Source: an uncultured Nitrospirota bacterium
GTDB taxonomy: Bacteria > Nitrospirota > Nitrospiria > JACQBZ01
Assembly: GCA_964372835.1 (NCBI GenBank)
Contig: CAYJTJ010000003.1
Span: forward strand, 1 to 38,187
Direction: 5' to 3'
DNA: 38,187 nucleotides
The notes beneath the pieces are model-generated. The model was not told the origin of the DNA. It did no database searches and was given only the letters and a program-made list of their open reading frames with translations. Both the position numbers and the translations under genes were made by a program. Shown piece after piece: positions 24,377 to 32,916 of this stretch. How positions within the stretch are numbered: the stretch's first letter is position 1; each line of letters begins with the position of its first letter.

Positions 24377-26956
24377 TCACTGGACCGGGTCCTGGGATCG
24401 GTCGGAGGTCCGGTCCGTCTCGGGCGGGGCGGTCGCCGATGGGACGAGCCCGCCCGTGTCCCCCCGGCCGGCCGGCGACCAGACGGGGAGGGTAAAATGA
24501 AAGGTGCTCCCCTTTCCGCGTTTGCTCTCGCACCAGATCCGTCCCCCGAGGTACAAAACGATCTCGTGGCAGATGGCCAGGCCCAGGCCGGTCCCTTTCG
24601 GTTTCCCCCCTCTCGGATCGACGAGCTGAGCGAACTTCTCGAAGATCTTTTGCTGATCCACGGTCGGTATGCCAATGCCCGTATCGATGACCGAGGTCCG
24701 GATCCACCCGTCTTCCCGTCGGGACTCGATGGTGATCTTGCCTTTTTCCGTGAACTTGATCGCGTTGCTCAGGAGGTTGTCCATGACCTGAATCAGCCGG
24801 TCCCGGTCTCCCCGGATCTCGGGAAGGCCTTCGGGAACCTCAAGCACGATCGGAAGATTCTTTTCGATCGCGATCGCCCGGATCGATTTGACCGTGTGCG
24901 TCACGATCTCGTTGATGGAGAGGGGGCGAATCTTCCATTCGATCCGTCCGGCCTCGATCTTCGAGAGATCCAGGATGTCGTTGATCAGACGGGTGAGCCG
25001 CTCGCTTTCCTCGTGGATGATGGAAATAAACTCCTGCTGGGTTTTGAGATCCACGTCGCGGTAGGAGAGCAGGATCTCGGTGAAGCCCTTGATGGAGGTC
25101 AGGGGGGTGCGTAGCTCGTGGGAAACCTTCGAAACGAATTCGGATTTCAATTGGTCCAGTTTTTTCGTCTGCTCGAACAAGCGGATCGTTTCGACGGCGA
25201 TGGCCAGTTGCTCCGTGATCGGCACCAGAATCTCCATATTCCGGTCCGAGAAGGCGTGGGGTTGGGTGCCGGCCAGCAGCAGGCTGCCGATCACCCGGCG
25301 GTGCGACAGGATGGGCATCGCGAGGTACGATCGCAGGTCCTCCCTCTGAAGTTCCCCGTCTTCCGCAAACCGGCTTCCTTCCGTGATGTCGCGCCGGTAG
25401 AACGGGCGGGAATGATCCGTTACCCACTCGACGACCGTGCCCTTCAGCGGCACGGGTTCCTCCTGTTTTTTCGTCGGGGACTCCCGGGTCTTGACCAACT
25501 GGACGGTCATTTCCTGTTTCTTCTCCTCCGTCAGCGCAAGGCGGATCTGATCAAACGGGATCACCGTTTTGACCTCGGCCGCGAGTGCATCGAAGATCTG
25601 GTGGATGTTCAGGCTGGAACTGATCGTCCGGGTGATCTTATTGATGACGGATAACTCCTGGGTTCTTTCCGAAACCTTCCGCTCGAGGCTCGAGTAGGAG
25701 GCCTTGAGCTTGATCGTCATCTCGTTGAATTCATCCGCCACATCCTGAATCTCATCGCCGGTCCGGATCGTAATTCGGTGATCCAGATTGCCGAAGCCGA
25801 TCAGTTTGGCCCCCCTCTGCAGGGCCTGGAGCGGGCGGACCACGTAACCGGCGGCGCGGAGTCCGAGGCCCGATAGGAGGACGACCCCCGCTCCCAGGGA
25901 GATCAGGATCCAGTCGAGCAACGTCTGGATCGGGGCGTAGGTCTTCAAGGGATCCTGGCTGGTGAAGATATACCACTGCTTCCCGCCGAAGCTGGCCGGA
26001 TGGATGGACGGAGCCATATCGCCGAAATCGACCGGGGAAAAGGCCGATATGGTTTTCTGCCCGGTGTAGTGAACGTCGGCCAGGGTGATCGCCCAGCCGG
26101 GCTGGTCCTTGAAAATCGTCTGCATCAGTTCCGGCAGAAGGGTGTGGTTCCGGATCAGAAATATTGGACAAAAGATCAGGGTTCCGTCCGAACTGGCGAG
26201 CATGGTGTGATCCGACTTGCCAAGGTGGACCCGCGTGACGGCCTCAAAGAAGGGCTGCACCTGAAGATCCGAGCGCAGGACCCCGATCGCCTGGGTTCCG
26301 CCCGCATCCATGATCGGAACGGCGATGGTGAGGCTGAACTGCCGGTCAAACTCTTCCGTGGCCGGCTGCATCACCTGAATATCTGAGATATAGATGCTGC
26401 CCTGGCCGCGGTTGAAGGCGGCCAGCCACCAGGGGTCGTCCCCGTAATAGACCCGGGCCGGTTTCGCGTCCGCGGCCACTAAAATCCCCCGCCGGTCCGT
26501 GGCGGTGATCGCGAGGTGGTCCCGGCGTTCCTTGGGCTGACGCAGTGCGCCGCGAATGAAATCGGAGGCGGGATTCTTCAAGAAGCCTTCCACGAGGTCA
26601 TCCGCGCCTTGGCTTTTTTCCCAGAGCTGGGTGAGGATCTCGATTCGTTTCCGCACGTCGGTCTCGCTCATCCGGCGCTGGGAATACGCCGCGTTGGCCA
26701 GCTCCACCCCGGCCCGGACGTCCGAGGTGAGCGCCAGGAACCGGGCCGAGCGGACATTATGCTCGATCAGGAACTTAAGCTTCTGGCTCGTCTCGACGGC
26801 GAGTTCGCGGTAATTCGAACCGATCGTGTTTTGGAGATGAGTGCGGCCCACGGTATACGTGACCAACAGGATCAGCAGCATCACTACGAGGCCAACGCCG
26901 AGGATCGAAAGCGTTATTTTCGTTCGGTAGCTCTTAACGATCCGGCGCAGATCCAT
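24377..26956 (-). CDS. Sensor histidine kinase: TM-Cache-like-TM-HAMP-GAF-HisKA-HATPase
   Basis: H-box SHELRTPLTSI, then LLSNAIKFT, DTGIGI and GTGLGLAICHEI. The sensor domain is paralogous to that of the 1306-aa kinase. Confidence 0.88.
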   Translation of the reverse strand: MDLRRIVKSYRTKITLSILGVGLVVMLLILLVTYTVGRTHLQNTIGSNYRELAVETSQKLKFLIEHNVRSARFLALTSDVRAGVELANAAYSQRRMSETDVRKRIEILTQLWEKSQGADDLVEGFLKNPASDFIRGALRQPKERRDHLAITATDRRGILVAADAKPARVYYGDDPWWLAAFNRGQGSIYISDIQVMQPATEEFDRQFSLTIAVPIMDAGGTQAIGVLRSDLQVQPFFEAVTRVHLGKSDHTMLASSDGTLIFCPIFLIRNHTLLPELMQTIFKDQPGWAITLADVHYTGQKTISAFSPVDFGDMAPSIHPASFGGKQWYIFTSQDPLKTYAPIQTLLDWILISLGAGVVLLSGLGLRAAGYVVRPLQALQRGAKLIGFGNLDHRITIRTGDEIQDVADEFNEMTIKLKASYSSLERKVSERTQELSVINKITRTISSSLNIHQIFDALAAEVKTVIPFDQIRLALTEEKKQEMTVQLVKTRESPTKKQEEPVPLKGTVVEWVTDHSRPFYRRDITEGSRFAEDGELQREDLRSYLAMPILSHRRVIGSLLLAGTQPHAFSDRNMEILVPITEQLAIAVETIRLFEQTKKLDQLKSEFVSKVSHELRTPLTSIKGFTEILLSYRDVDLKTQQEFISIIHEESERLTRLINDILDLSKIEAGRIEWKIRPLSINEIVTHTVKSIRAIAIEKNLPIVLEVPEGLPEIRGDRDRLIQVMDNLLSNAIKFTEKGKITIESRREDGWIRTSVIDTGIGIPTVDQQKIFEKFAQLVDPRGGKPKGTGLGLAICHEIVLYLGGRIWCESKRGKGSTFHFTLPVWSPAGRGDTGGLVPSATAPPETDRTSDRSQDPVQ

Positions 26957-26984
26957 CGTTTCGCCCCTTACGGTTGGAAGGCCG

Positions 26985-27032
26985 TTTTACCCGGACGCTC
27001 GGATGAAGATCCGATCAGCCGGCCGGGTAAAA
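26985..27032 (-). other. Nested stem-loop in the kinase 5' leader
   Basis: The 10-bp inverted repeat TTTTACCCGG / CCGGGTAAAA (26985..26994 and 27023..27032) encloses the inner hairpin CGGAT-N4-ATCCG. Confidence 0.4.
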
Positions 27033-27183
27033 TCCGTTCACCGGATCGTGGTATGGGATAGGGCTTGAAACGGGGAGGCTTCCTTGATACAAGGATCGTA
27101 TCCGATATCACGAGTTTTAACCCTTCCCCTGATTGCGGTTCATATCCTGAAAAGGGTATTAATATCGAGGGGTGCGATGATCC

Positions 27184-27212
27184 ATCTTAACATCGGATAG
27201 GGGGGATGTCAA
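27184..27212 (-). promoter_or_regulatory. Sigma70-type promoter upstream of the kinase-CDF-pdxA array
   Basis: The minus strand reads TTGACA-17 nt-TAAGAT. This implies a leader of about 220 nt before the ATG at 26956. Confidence 0.5.
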
Positions 27213-27213
27213 A

Positions 27214-27230
27214 CCGCGGTCGATCCGCGG
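27214..27230 (-). terminator. GC hairpin downstream of larC (CCGCGG-N5-CCGCGG) followed by TTT
   Basis: 6-bp all-GC stem. The U-tract is only 3 nt and runs straight into the -35 box. Confidence 0.3.
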
Positions 27231-27288
27231 CGGCCCCGACCCGGGGGATAACCCGGAGAACCCGAACCCGCTCCTCCCGCTCGGGGGG

Positions 27289-28494
27289 CTACTCATTCGG
27301 CTCCTCGGTTCGCGAAGGGGCCAGACCCGGTCCCGGATTCAGCGACTGCTCCAGCTCTTCCTTCACTTGGCGGAGGGGAAGCCCCGTTTCCTGCGCGATT
27401 CGCTTCAAATCCTGGTATTCAGGGAACCGTTTCTCGAGGCCGCCGGCACCCGTGACGACCTTGACGCGGACGAGGCCGTAACGCGTCTCGACCGTCTCGG
27501 TTCCCCGCGGGAGGATGCGCCGGTGAACCGGGGTCTGACGGATCCCGAGCGTGGTGGTTTCCTTAAAGACGATCTCGGTCAGTTCGGCCACCTTGTGCTG
27601 TTCCGCCAGGACGGTCAAGAGGATTCCGGGGCGGCCCTTTTTCATCGTGATGGACGTCAGAAAAACATCCGCGGCGCCGGCCGAAAAGAGGCGCTCCATC
27701 ACGTGCTCGTAAACCTGCGGGTTGAGATCATCGATATTCGTCTCCAGCAAAACCATCCGGTCTTCACAGACGGCCAGCGGGCTCTCGCCGACGATCATCC
27801 GAAGCATGTTCGGCCAGTTCGGGAACTCGCGGCTCCCGGCCCCGTACCCGATCTTCTGGAGACGCATTTCCGGGAACGGCCCGCTGGCCGTCACGAGCGT
27901 GGTGATGATCGCGGCCCCGGTCGGTGTTGTGAGCTCCACCGGAGGGCCGCCCGAGTAGACGGTGAAGCCCCGGATCAGCTCGGCCGTCGTCGGAGCGGGG
28001 ATGGGGACGTTTCCTCCGTGGACTTGGATCATTCCGCTCCCGAGATTGAGCGGAGAGGCCATGACCTCGTCGATCCCCATGAGGCCCAATCCCAGCACGC
28101 AGCCCACGATATCCACCAGAAGGTCGATGGCGGGTTCGGCCTGGAACCGGAGCCCCTGGGCGTTTCCATGGGCCTTGATCTCGGCCTTGATCCATCGCTC
28201 CAGGATCGCCTCGACCGTTTTCTTCGTCGTGTCGTCCAGTCGGCTCCTGCGGATGATGTTCTCGAGTTCGCGGACCTCCCACGATTTCTGTTTCTGAGGT
28301 TCGACCTCGACATCCACCTTCGTTCCGATAAACGGTCCGCGTTGAGCCGAACGGGTCTTGAGCTCAAATCCTTTGATCGGGAGTTGGCCCAGGCGCATCC
28401 GAAGCTTTGACAGCTCCAGGCCGGCGTCCACCATAGCGCCAAGAATCATGTCTCCGCTGACACCCGAGAAACAATCGAAATACGCGATCTTCAT
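27289..28494 (-). CDS. larC: Nickel-pincer cofactor biosynthesis protein LarC (nickel insertion, DUF111)
   Basis: The N-terminus MKIAYFDCFSGVSGDMILGAMVDAG is the LarC signature. It is a single uninterrupted 401-aa ORF. Confidence 0.85.
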   Translation of the reverse strand: MKIAYFDCFSGVSGDMILGAMVDAGLELSKLRMRLGQLPIKGFELKTRSAQRGPFIGTKVDVEVEPQKQKSWEVRELENIIRRSRLDDTTKKTVEAILERWIKAEIKAHGNAQGLRFQAEPAIDLLVDIVGCVLGLGLMGIDEVMASPLNLGSGMIQVHGGNVPIPAPTTAELIRGFTVYSGGPPVELTTPTGAAIITTLVTASGPFPEMRLQKIGYGAGSREFPNWPNMLRMIVGESPLAVCEDRMVLLETNIDDLNPQVYEHVMERLFSAGAADVFLTSITMKKGRPGILLTVLAEQHKVAELTEIVFKETTTLGIRQTPVHRRILPRGTETVETRYGLVRVKVVTGAGGLEKRFPEYQDLKRIAQETGLPLRQVKEELEQSLNPGPGLAPSRTEEPNE

Positions 28495-28504
28495 CTCTCC
28501 TCGC

Positions 28505-29299
28505 TCAAGACCTTCCCGTCTTCATTTGGATGATCCGATGGGCCAGAACCCCCGCGCCGAAGCCGTTATCGATATTGACGACCGCGACACCGGCCGCGCA
28601 GGCATTCAGCATGGTCAGGAGGGCCGAGATTCCCCCGAAATTGGCCCCGTAGCCGATGCTGGTCGGGACGGCCACGATCGGCTTGTCCATCCATCCGGCC
28701 ACCACGCTGGCCAGCGCGCCCTCCATGCCGGCCACGACGATGAGGACGGAGGCGGCCTCGAGGCGCCTCCGATGATCCAGCAGCCGGTGCAGTCCGGCCA
28801 CACCGACGTCGTACAGGGTCTCGACCCGGTCCCCCAGATATTGAAGCGTGGCCTTCGCCTCCTCGGCCACGGGAATGTCCGACGTTCCGGCCGTGATAAT
28901 CAGAATGGGCTCCCGCACCGCCCCTCGACGGCGCATCCGGCCGGTCCGGCGGCTTTTATCCGATCCGTTCGGGATCGTAATCGTCCGACCCAAGGAGTTA
29001 TATCTTGCCCGCCGGTGAATCTTCCTTACGGCCCGGAACAGCGACGCCTCGGCCCGCGTGGCCAGGACGGCGCCCCCGGCCGAGATCATACGTCGGAGGA
29101 TGGCCAGAACCTGGTCGGGACGTTTCCCCTCGCAGAAAACCACCTCGGGATGTCCCTGGCGGATCGTGCGGTGATGATCAATCGTCGCGAACCCGATCGG
29201 TTCATAAGGAAGATGGCGAAGCCGGTTTAACGCCTCCGGGACGGATAGGCGACCGCTCCGGACGCGGTCCAATAATTCTTCGAGGCGGTCCGGTTCCAT
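28505..29299 (-). CDS. larB: Nickel-pincer cofactor biosynthesis protein LarB (PurE-like carboxylase/hydrolase)
   Basis: AIR-carboxylase-like core ILIITAGTSDIPVAEEA...VGVAGLHRLL...VVAGMEGALASVVAG...VPTSIGYG. Confidence 0.85.
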   Translation of the reverse strand: MEPDRLEELLDRVRSGRLSVPEALNRLRHLPYEPIGFATIDHHRTIRQGHPEVVFCEGKRPDQVLAILRRMISAGGAVLATRAEASLFRAVRKIHRRARYNSLGRTITIPNGSDKSRRTGRMRRRGAVREPILIITAGTSDIPVAEEAKATLQYLGDRVETLYDVGVAGLHRLLDHRRRLEAASVLIVVAGMEGALASVVAGWMDKPIVAVPTSIGYGANFGGISALLTMLNACAAGVAVVNIDNGFGAGVLAHRIIQMKTGRS

Positions 29300-29302
29300 C
29301 GC

Positions 29303-30916
29303 CTAGGCCGTCTCCAGGATCGGGTACGCGATACCGGTGATATGGTGATTGATCCGGACGAGGTTCGTCAGGATATCCAGGTGGATCGCGCTGGTCTCGA
29401 TGGATTCCGTCAGGCCCGCGTGGAGTCTCTGGATATGGGCCGCGCGCAGTTCGCGTTCCATCCGGCGGATCTCATCCTTGGCCTTAATGATCCTACGGGC
29501 CAACTCGGGATCCTGGCTCGCGAAGGCCGAGATCACCTGCTCGAAATTCTTTCCGATCCGGTCGTGCAGCTCCACGATTTCCCGGAGTCCCTGCTCCGAA
29601 AATCGGAGGCCCTTGTAAATCTTTTTCTTGGCCAGTTCCATCAGATTCCGGTCGATGATATCCCCGATCGTTTCCAGATCGCTGCTCAAGGCCAGGAGGG
29701 CCACTTCCCGTTCCGACTGCTCGTCGGTCAGGGACTGCACGGAGAGTTTCGTAATGTACAGCTTGATTTCGCGGTTGAGGGTGTCCACCCAATCGTCCTG
29801 CCGTTCAATATGCTCGAGAATCTCGGGGTTGTTCCCCGTAAAGACCTGGATCGTCTGGCGATACATGTCACGGACGATGTCCGACATCCGAATCGCTTCT
29901 CGGGTCGCCTGGCCCAGGGCCAGCGCCGGCGAGTCCAGAACGCGCGGGTCGAGGTACTTCGGCCGCCCGATGTCGTCGATCGAGGGCCGTTCGGGAATCA
30001 GCCAGGTCAGGAATCGGGCCATCGGACCGGTGAACGGGAGAAAGAGAAGGGCGATCCCCAGGTTATACAGCGTATGGGCGTTCGCGATCTGGCGCACGGT
30101 ATCGGAGGACGTCCGGCCGATCAGACTCCCGAAGGATTCCAGGAAAGGGAGAATCAGGACCGCGCCCAAAGTCTTAAAGAGAATATGGGCCCCGGCGACC
30201 CGCCGGGCTTCCAGAGAAACTCCCAGGCTGGCCATCCAGGCCGTGAAGCAGGTCCCGACGTTGGCCCCCAGGATGATCGGCACGGCCGATTCGAGGGGCA
30301 TCAGTCCCTGCGTCGCGAATGCGATCGCGATCCCGATGGTCGCCGCGCTGCTGTGAAGGAGGGCCGTGAGGACGGCCGAGACCAGGATTCCCCAGATCGG
30401 GTTGTCGCCGACGCTTAGAACCAGCGCACGGGCAAGCTCGCTCTCCCGCAGCGGGGCCATCCCCTCCGCCATCAGCTTGAGCGCGAAAAAGATCAGGCCG
30501 AATCCGAAAAGGGCCGTACCGGCGGCCCGGATCTCGCGTCGCCGGCTGAAGAAGAAAAGGGCGAACCCGATCGCGACGATGGCCAGGGCGTAGTCCGTGA
30601 TCCGGAAGGCGATCAGTTGGACGGTCAGCGTCGTGCCGATGTCGGCCCCGAGGATCAGGGCGATCGTTTGGGAGAGCGTCATGAGGCCGGCGCCCGTAAA
30701 TCCGACCAGCATGACGGTGGTCGCGCTGCTGCTCTGAATGAGGGCCGTCACGAAAGCACCGACGGCCAGGCCGACCATCCGGTTCCGCGTGAACCTTCCC
30801 AAAACGGCGCGCAATCGGCCGCCGGCAATCCCCTGCAGCGCATCGCCGGCCAGTTGAAGGCCGTACAGAAGAAGGGCGACGCCGCCCAGAAGACTGAAGA
30901 ACATGGGGTTGTACAA
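29303..30916 (-). CDS. Na/Pi cotransporter family protein with C-terminal PhoU-like repeats
   Basis: Duplicated membrane core (QSSSATTVM / HSSAATIGI) and a helical C-terminal half with PhoU-like repeats. Confidence 0.85.
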   Translation of the reverse strand: MYNPMFFSLLGGVALLLYGLQLAGDALQGIAGGRLRAVLGRFTRNRMVGLAVGAFVTALIQSSSATTVMLVGFTGAGLMTLSQTIALILGADIGTTLTVQLIAFRITDYALAIVAIGFALFFFSRRREIRAAGTALFGFGLIFFALKLMAEGMAPLRESELARALVLSVGDNPIWGILVSAVLTALLHSSAATIGIAIAFATQGLMPLESAVPIILGANVGTCFTAWMASLGVSLEARRVAGAHILFKTLGAVLILPFLESFGSLIGRTSSDTVRQIANAHTLYNLGIALLFLPFTGPMARFLTWLIPERPSIDDIGRPKYLDPRVLDSPALALGQATREAIRMSDIVRDMYRQTIQVFTGNNPEILEHIERQDDWVDTLNREIKLYITKLSVQSLTDEQSEREVALLALSSDLETIGDIIDRNLMELAKKKIYKGLRFSEQGLREIVELHDRIGKNFEQVISAFASQDPELARRIIKAKDEIRRMERELRAAHIQRLHAGLTESIETSAIHLDILTNLVRINHHITGIAYPILETA

Positions 30917-30952
30917 ACCGGGGTTCCTCCCTCGATCTAAAGTCCTAACCGA

Positions 30953-31960
30953 TCAGCTGACCTCATCCCCCGCGGCGCTTTCCATCAGATCCGTCACGGC
31001 CTGGTGAGGATCCTTGTCCTCGAAAAGTACGGAGTAGATCTCCTGGACGATCGGCATCCGGACCCCGTGCTTTTGGGCCAGGTGGTAAGCGGCCCGTGTC
31101 GTTTCGACCCCTTCCGCCACCATTTTCATCTGATGGAGGATCTCGGGAAGTTTTTTTCCCAGGCCGATTTGGTAGCCGACCGTGCGATTCCGGCTCAGCT
31201 CGCCCGTGGAGGTGAGGATAAGATCCCCCAGGCCCGATAGCCCCGAAAAAGTTTTGGGATCCGCCCCCAGCGCCTGACCCAGTCGGATGATCTCGGCCAG
31301 GCCGCGGGAGATCAATGCGGCCCGTGTATTGTGGCCGAACCCCAGTCCGTCGGCGCCGCCGGCCGCAAGCGCGATCACATTTTTCAGCGCGCCGCCGAGC
31401 TGGGTCCCGATCAGATCACTCGTTGTGAACACCTTGAAGTAGGGCGTGATGAGAAGCCCCTGCAACCGGACGGCCAGCGCGTGGTTTTTGGCCGCGAGCG
31501 AAACGGCGGTGGGGTGCCTCCGACAAACTTCCATGGCGAAGCTGGGACCGGATAAGACGGCGATGGCGGTCGCGCTGTGGGCGGGGAGGACCTCCTCCAT
31601 CACCTGAGAGACCAAGAGAAGCGTTTCATTTTCGATCCCCTTGGTCGCGCTGATGATCGGAAGACCTTTGGGAAGAAGGCCGGCCAGCCTCGTTAGGATC
31701 GGCCGGGCGACGTGGGACGGGACGACGAACAGAATCGCCTCGGCGCCTTCCAGGGCCTCTTCAAGCGAGGCGGTGGCCTCGATCCGGTCCGGCAGCCGGA
31801 TTCCGGGCAGGAAGGTCGCGTTTTCATGCGCCTGATTAATCGAGGCCACGACCTCTTTCTCGTAGGCCCAGATCGTCACGGCGTGTCCACGATCAGCCAT
31901 CAAGAAGCCCAGGCTGGTTCCCCAGCTTCCCGCCCCGATAATTCCGATCTTGGTTGTCAT
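30953..31960 (-). CDS. gpsA: NAD(P)H-dependent glycerol-3-phosphate dehydrogenase
   Basis: KIGIIGAGSWGTSLG Rossmann motif, GALKNVIALAAG and NRTVGYQIG. The start is set at internal Met65 of the track ORF (31960). The consensus promoter at 32009..32038 lies inside the longer ORF. Confidence 0.9.
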   Translation of the reverse strand: MTTKIGIIGAGSWGTSLGFLMADRGHAVTIWAYEKEVVASINQAHENATFLPGIRLPDRIEATASLEEALEGAEAILFVVPSHVARPILTRLAGLLPKGLPIISATKGIENETLLLVSQVMEEVLPAHSATAIAVLSGPSFAMEVCRRHPTAVSLAAKNHALAVRLQGLLITPYFKVFTTSDLIGTQLGGALKNVIALAAGGADGLGFGHNTRAALISRGLAEIIRLGQALGADPKTFSGLSGLGDLILTSTGELSRNRTVGYQIGLGKKLPEILHQMKMVAEGVETTRAAYHLAQKHGVRMPIVQEIYSVLFEDKDPHQAVTDLMESAAGDEVS

Positions 31961-32008
31961 GCCGAACGGACCCGTTGTGCCGGTTTCGCTTCCACGAAAA
32001 GTTTTTTG

Positions 32009-32038
32009 ATTATAACGTGTTATGAAAAAAACTGTCAA
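32009..32038 (-). promoter_or_regulatory. Consensus sigma70 promoter for gpsA (and possibly the downstream Na/Pi-larB-larC genes)
   Basis: The minus strand reads TTGACA-18 nt-TATAAT; both hexamers are perfect consensus. It sits about 45 nt upstream of the ATG at 31960. Confidence 0.6.
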
Positions 32039-32060
32039 GACGCGCTTCCGTCCGGTCGGC

Positions 32061-32089
32061 TTGATGGCCTCGGTAATCTGTGTTATAGT
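32061..32089 (+). promoter_or_regulatory. Sigma70-type promoter for the prepilin peptidase operon
   Basis: TTGATG-17 nt-TATAGT, with TGT immediately upstream of the -10 (extended -10). It is about 60 nt upstream of the ATG at 32152. Confidence 0.55.
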
Positions 32090-32151
32090 AAATGAATTTT
32101 TGAAGTCGTTTTCGGGAAGATTCGCGGCCTGGCGATGGGGCATCAGCGGCA

Positions 32152-32916
32152 ATGATTTTCTTGGGTTTCGACCACGGGGTGGTCCTGATTTTGGGATTGC
32201 TGATCGGCAGTTTCCTCAACGTCTGCATCCACCGTCTTCCGCTCAATGAGTCCATCATCGCCCCCAGGTCCCGTTGCGCCGAATGCCGGCATCCGTTGCG
32301 ATGGTGGGAGAATATCCCCCTCGCCGGTTATCTGCTGCTCCGGGGCCGGTGCGGTTACTGCGGGAAGCCAATCTCTTTTCGGTATCCGCTGGTCGAGGCC
32401 CTAAACGGCGCCGGTTATCTCCTTCTCGTCCGCCAGTTTGGATGGGGAGCCGAGACGCTTATCTACGCCGTCCTCCTGTCGTCCCTCCTGGTGGTCACCT
32501 TCATTGATCTGGACCACCAGATCATTCCCGATCGGATCACCCTTCCGGGAATGGCCATCGGCCTGGCGGCCTCGGCCCTCATTCTGCCGCCGGGTTTTCT
32601 GAACGCGCTGACGGGTCTTCTTCTGGGCGGGATTCTTTTTTACGGCGTGGCCATGCTGAGCCGCGGGGGGATGGGCGGGGGGGACATCAAGCTGATCGCC
32701 ATGATCGGTGCGTTTCTCGGCTGGCAGCAGACGCTCGTGACGATCTTTATCGGGGCGCTTTCGGGATCGGTGATCGGACTGTTTCTGATGGTCTTTTGGG
32801 GCAAGACACGAAAATACCCCGTTCCCTTCGGGCCGTTCTTGAGCCTCGGGGCCCTGATTTCCCTCTTCGCGGGTCCGGCCCTCTGGACCTGGTATCTTAA
32901 ACTCGGTGGCTTCTAA
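32152..32916 (+). CDS. pilD: Prepilin peptidase (A24 family, PilD-like)
   Basis: N-terminal CxxC...CxxC region (RCAECRHPL...RCGYCGKPI). Polytopic membrane protein with the catalytic Asp contexts FIDLDHQIIPD and GGGDIKL. Confidence 0.88.
   Translation: MIFLGFDHGVVLILGLLIGSFLNVCIHRLPLNESIIAPRSRCAECRHPLRWWENIPLAGYLLLRGRCGYCGKPISFRYPLVEALNGAGYLLLVRQFGWGAETLIYAVLLSSLLVVTFIDLDHQIIPDRITLPGMAIGLAASALILPPGFLNALTGLLLGGILFYGVAMLSRGGMGGGDIKLIAMIGAFLGWQQTLVTIFIGALSGSVIGLFLMVFWGKTRKYPVPFGPFLSLGALISLFAGPALWTWYLKLGGF

Noticed and set aside
27206-27481. 91-aa Arg/Ser-rich ORF that starts in the larC-kinase intergenic region
   Set aside because: Its ATG is formed by the complement of the -35 box, and there is no ribosome-binding site. 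It overlaps the larC 3' end antisense, and its composition is typical of a spurious frame.
31961-32152. 64-codon N-terminal extension of gpsA, as listed in the ORF track
   Set aside because: A perfect consensus promoter lies inside it. The extension has no GpsA similarity, and the Rossmann fold begins right after the internal Met at 31960.
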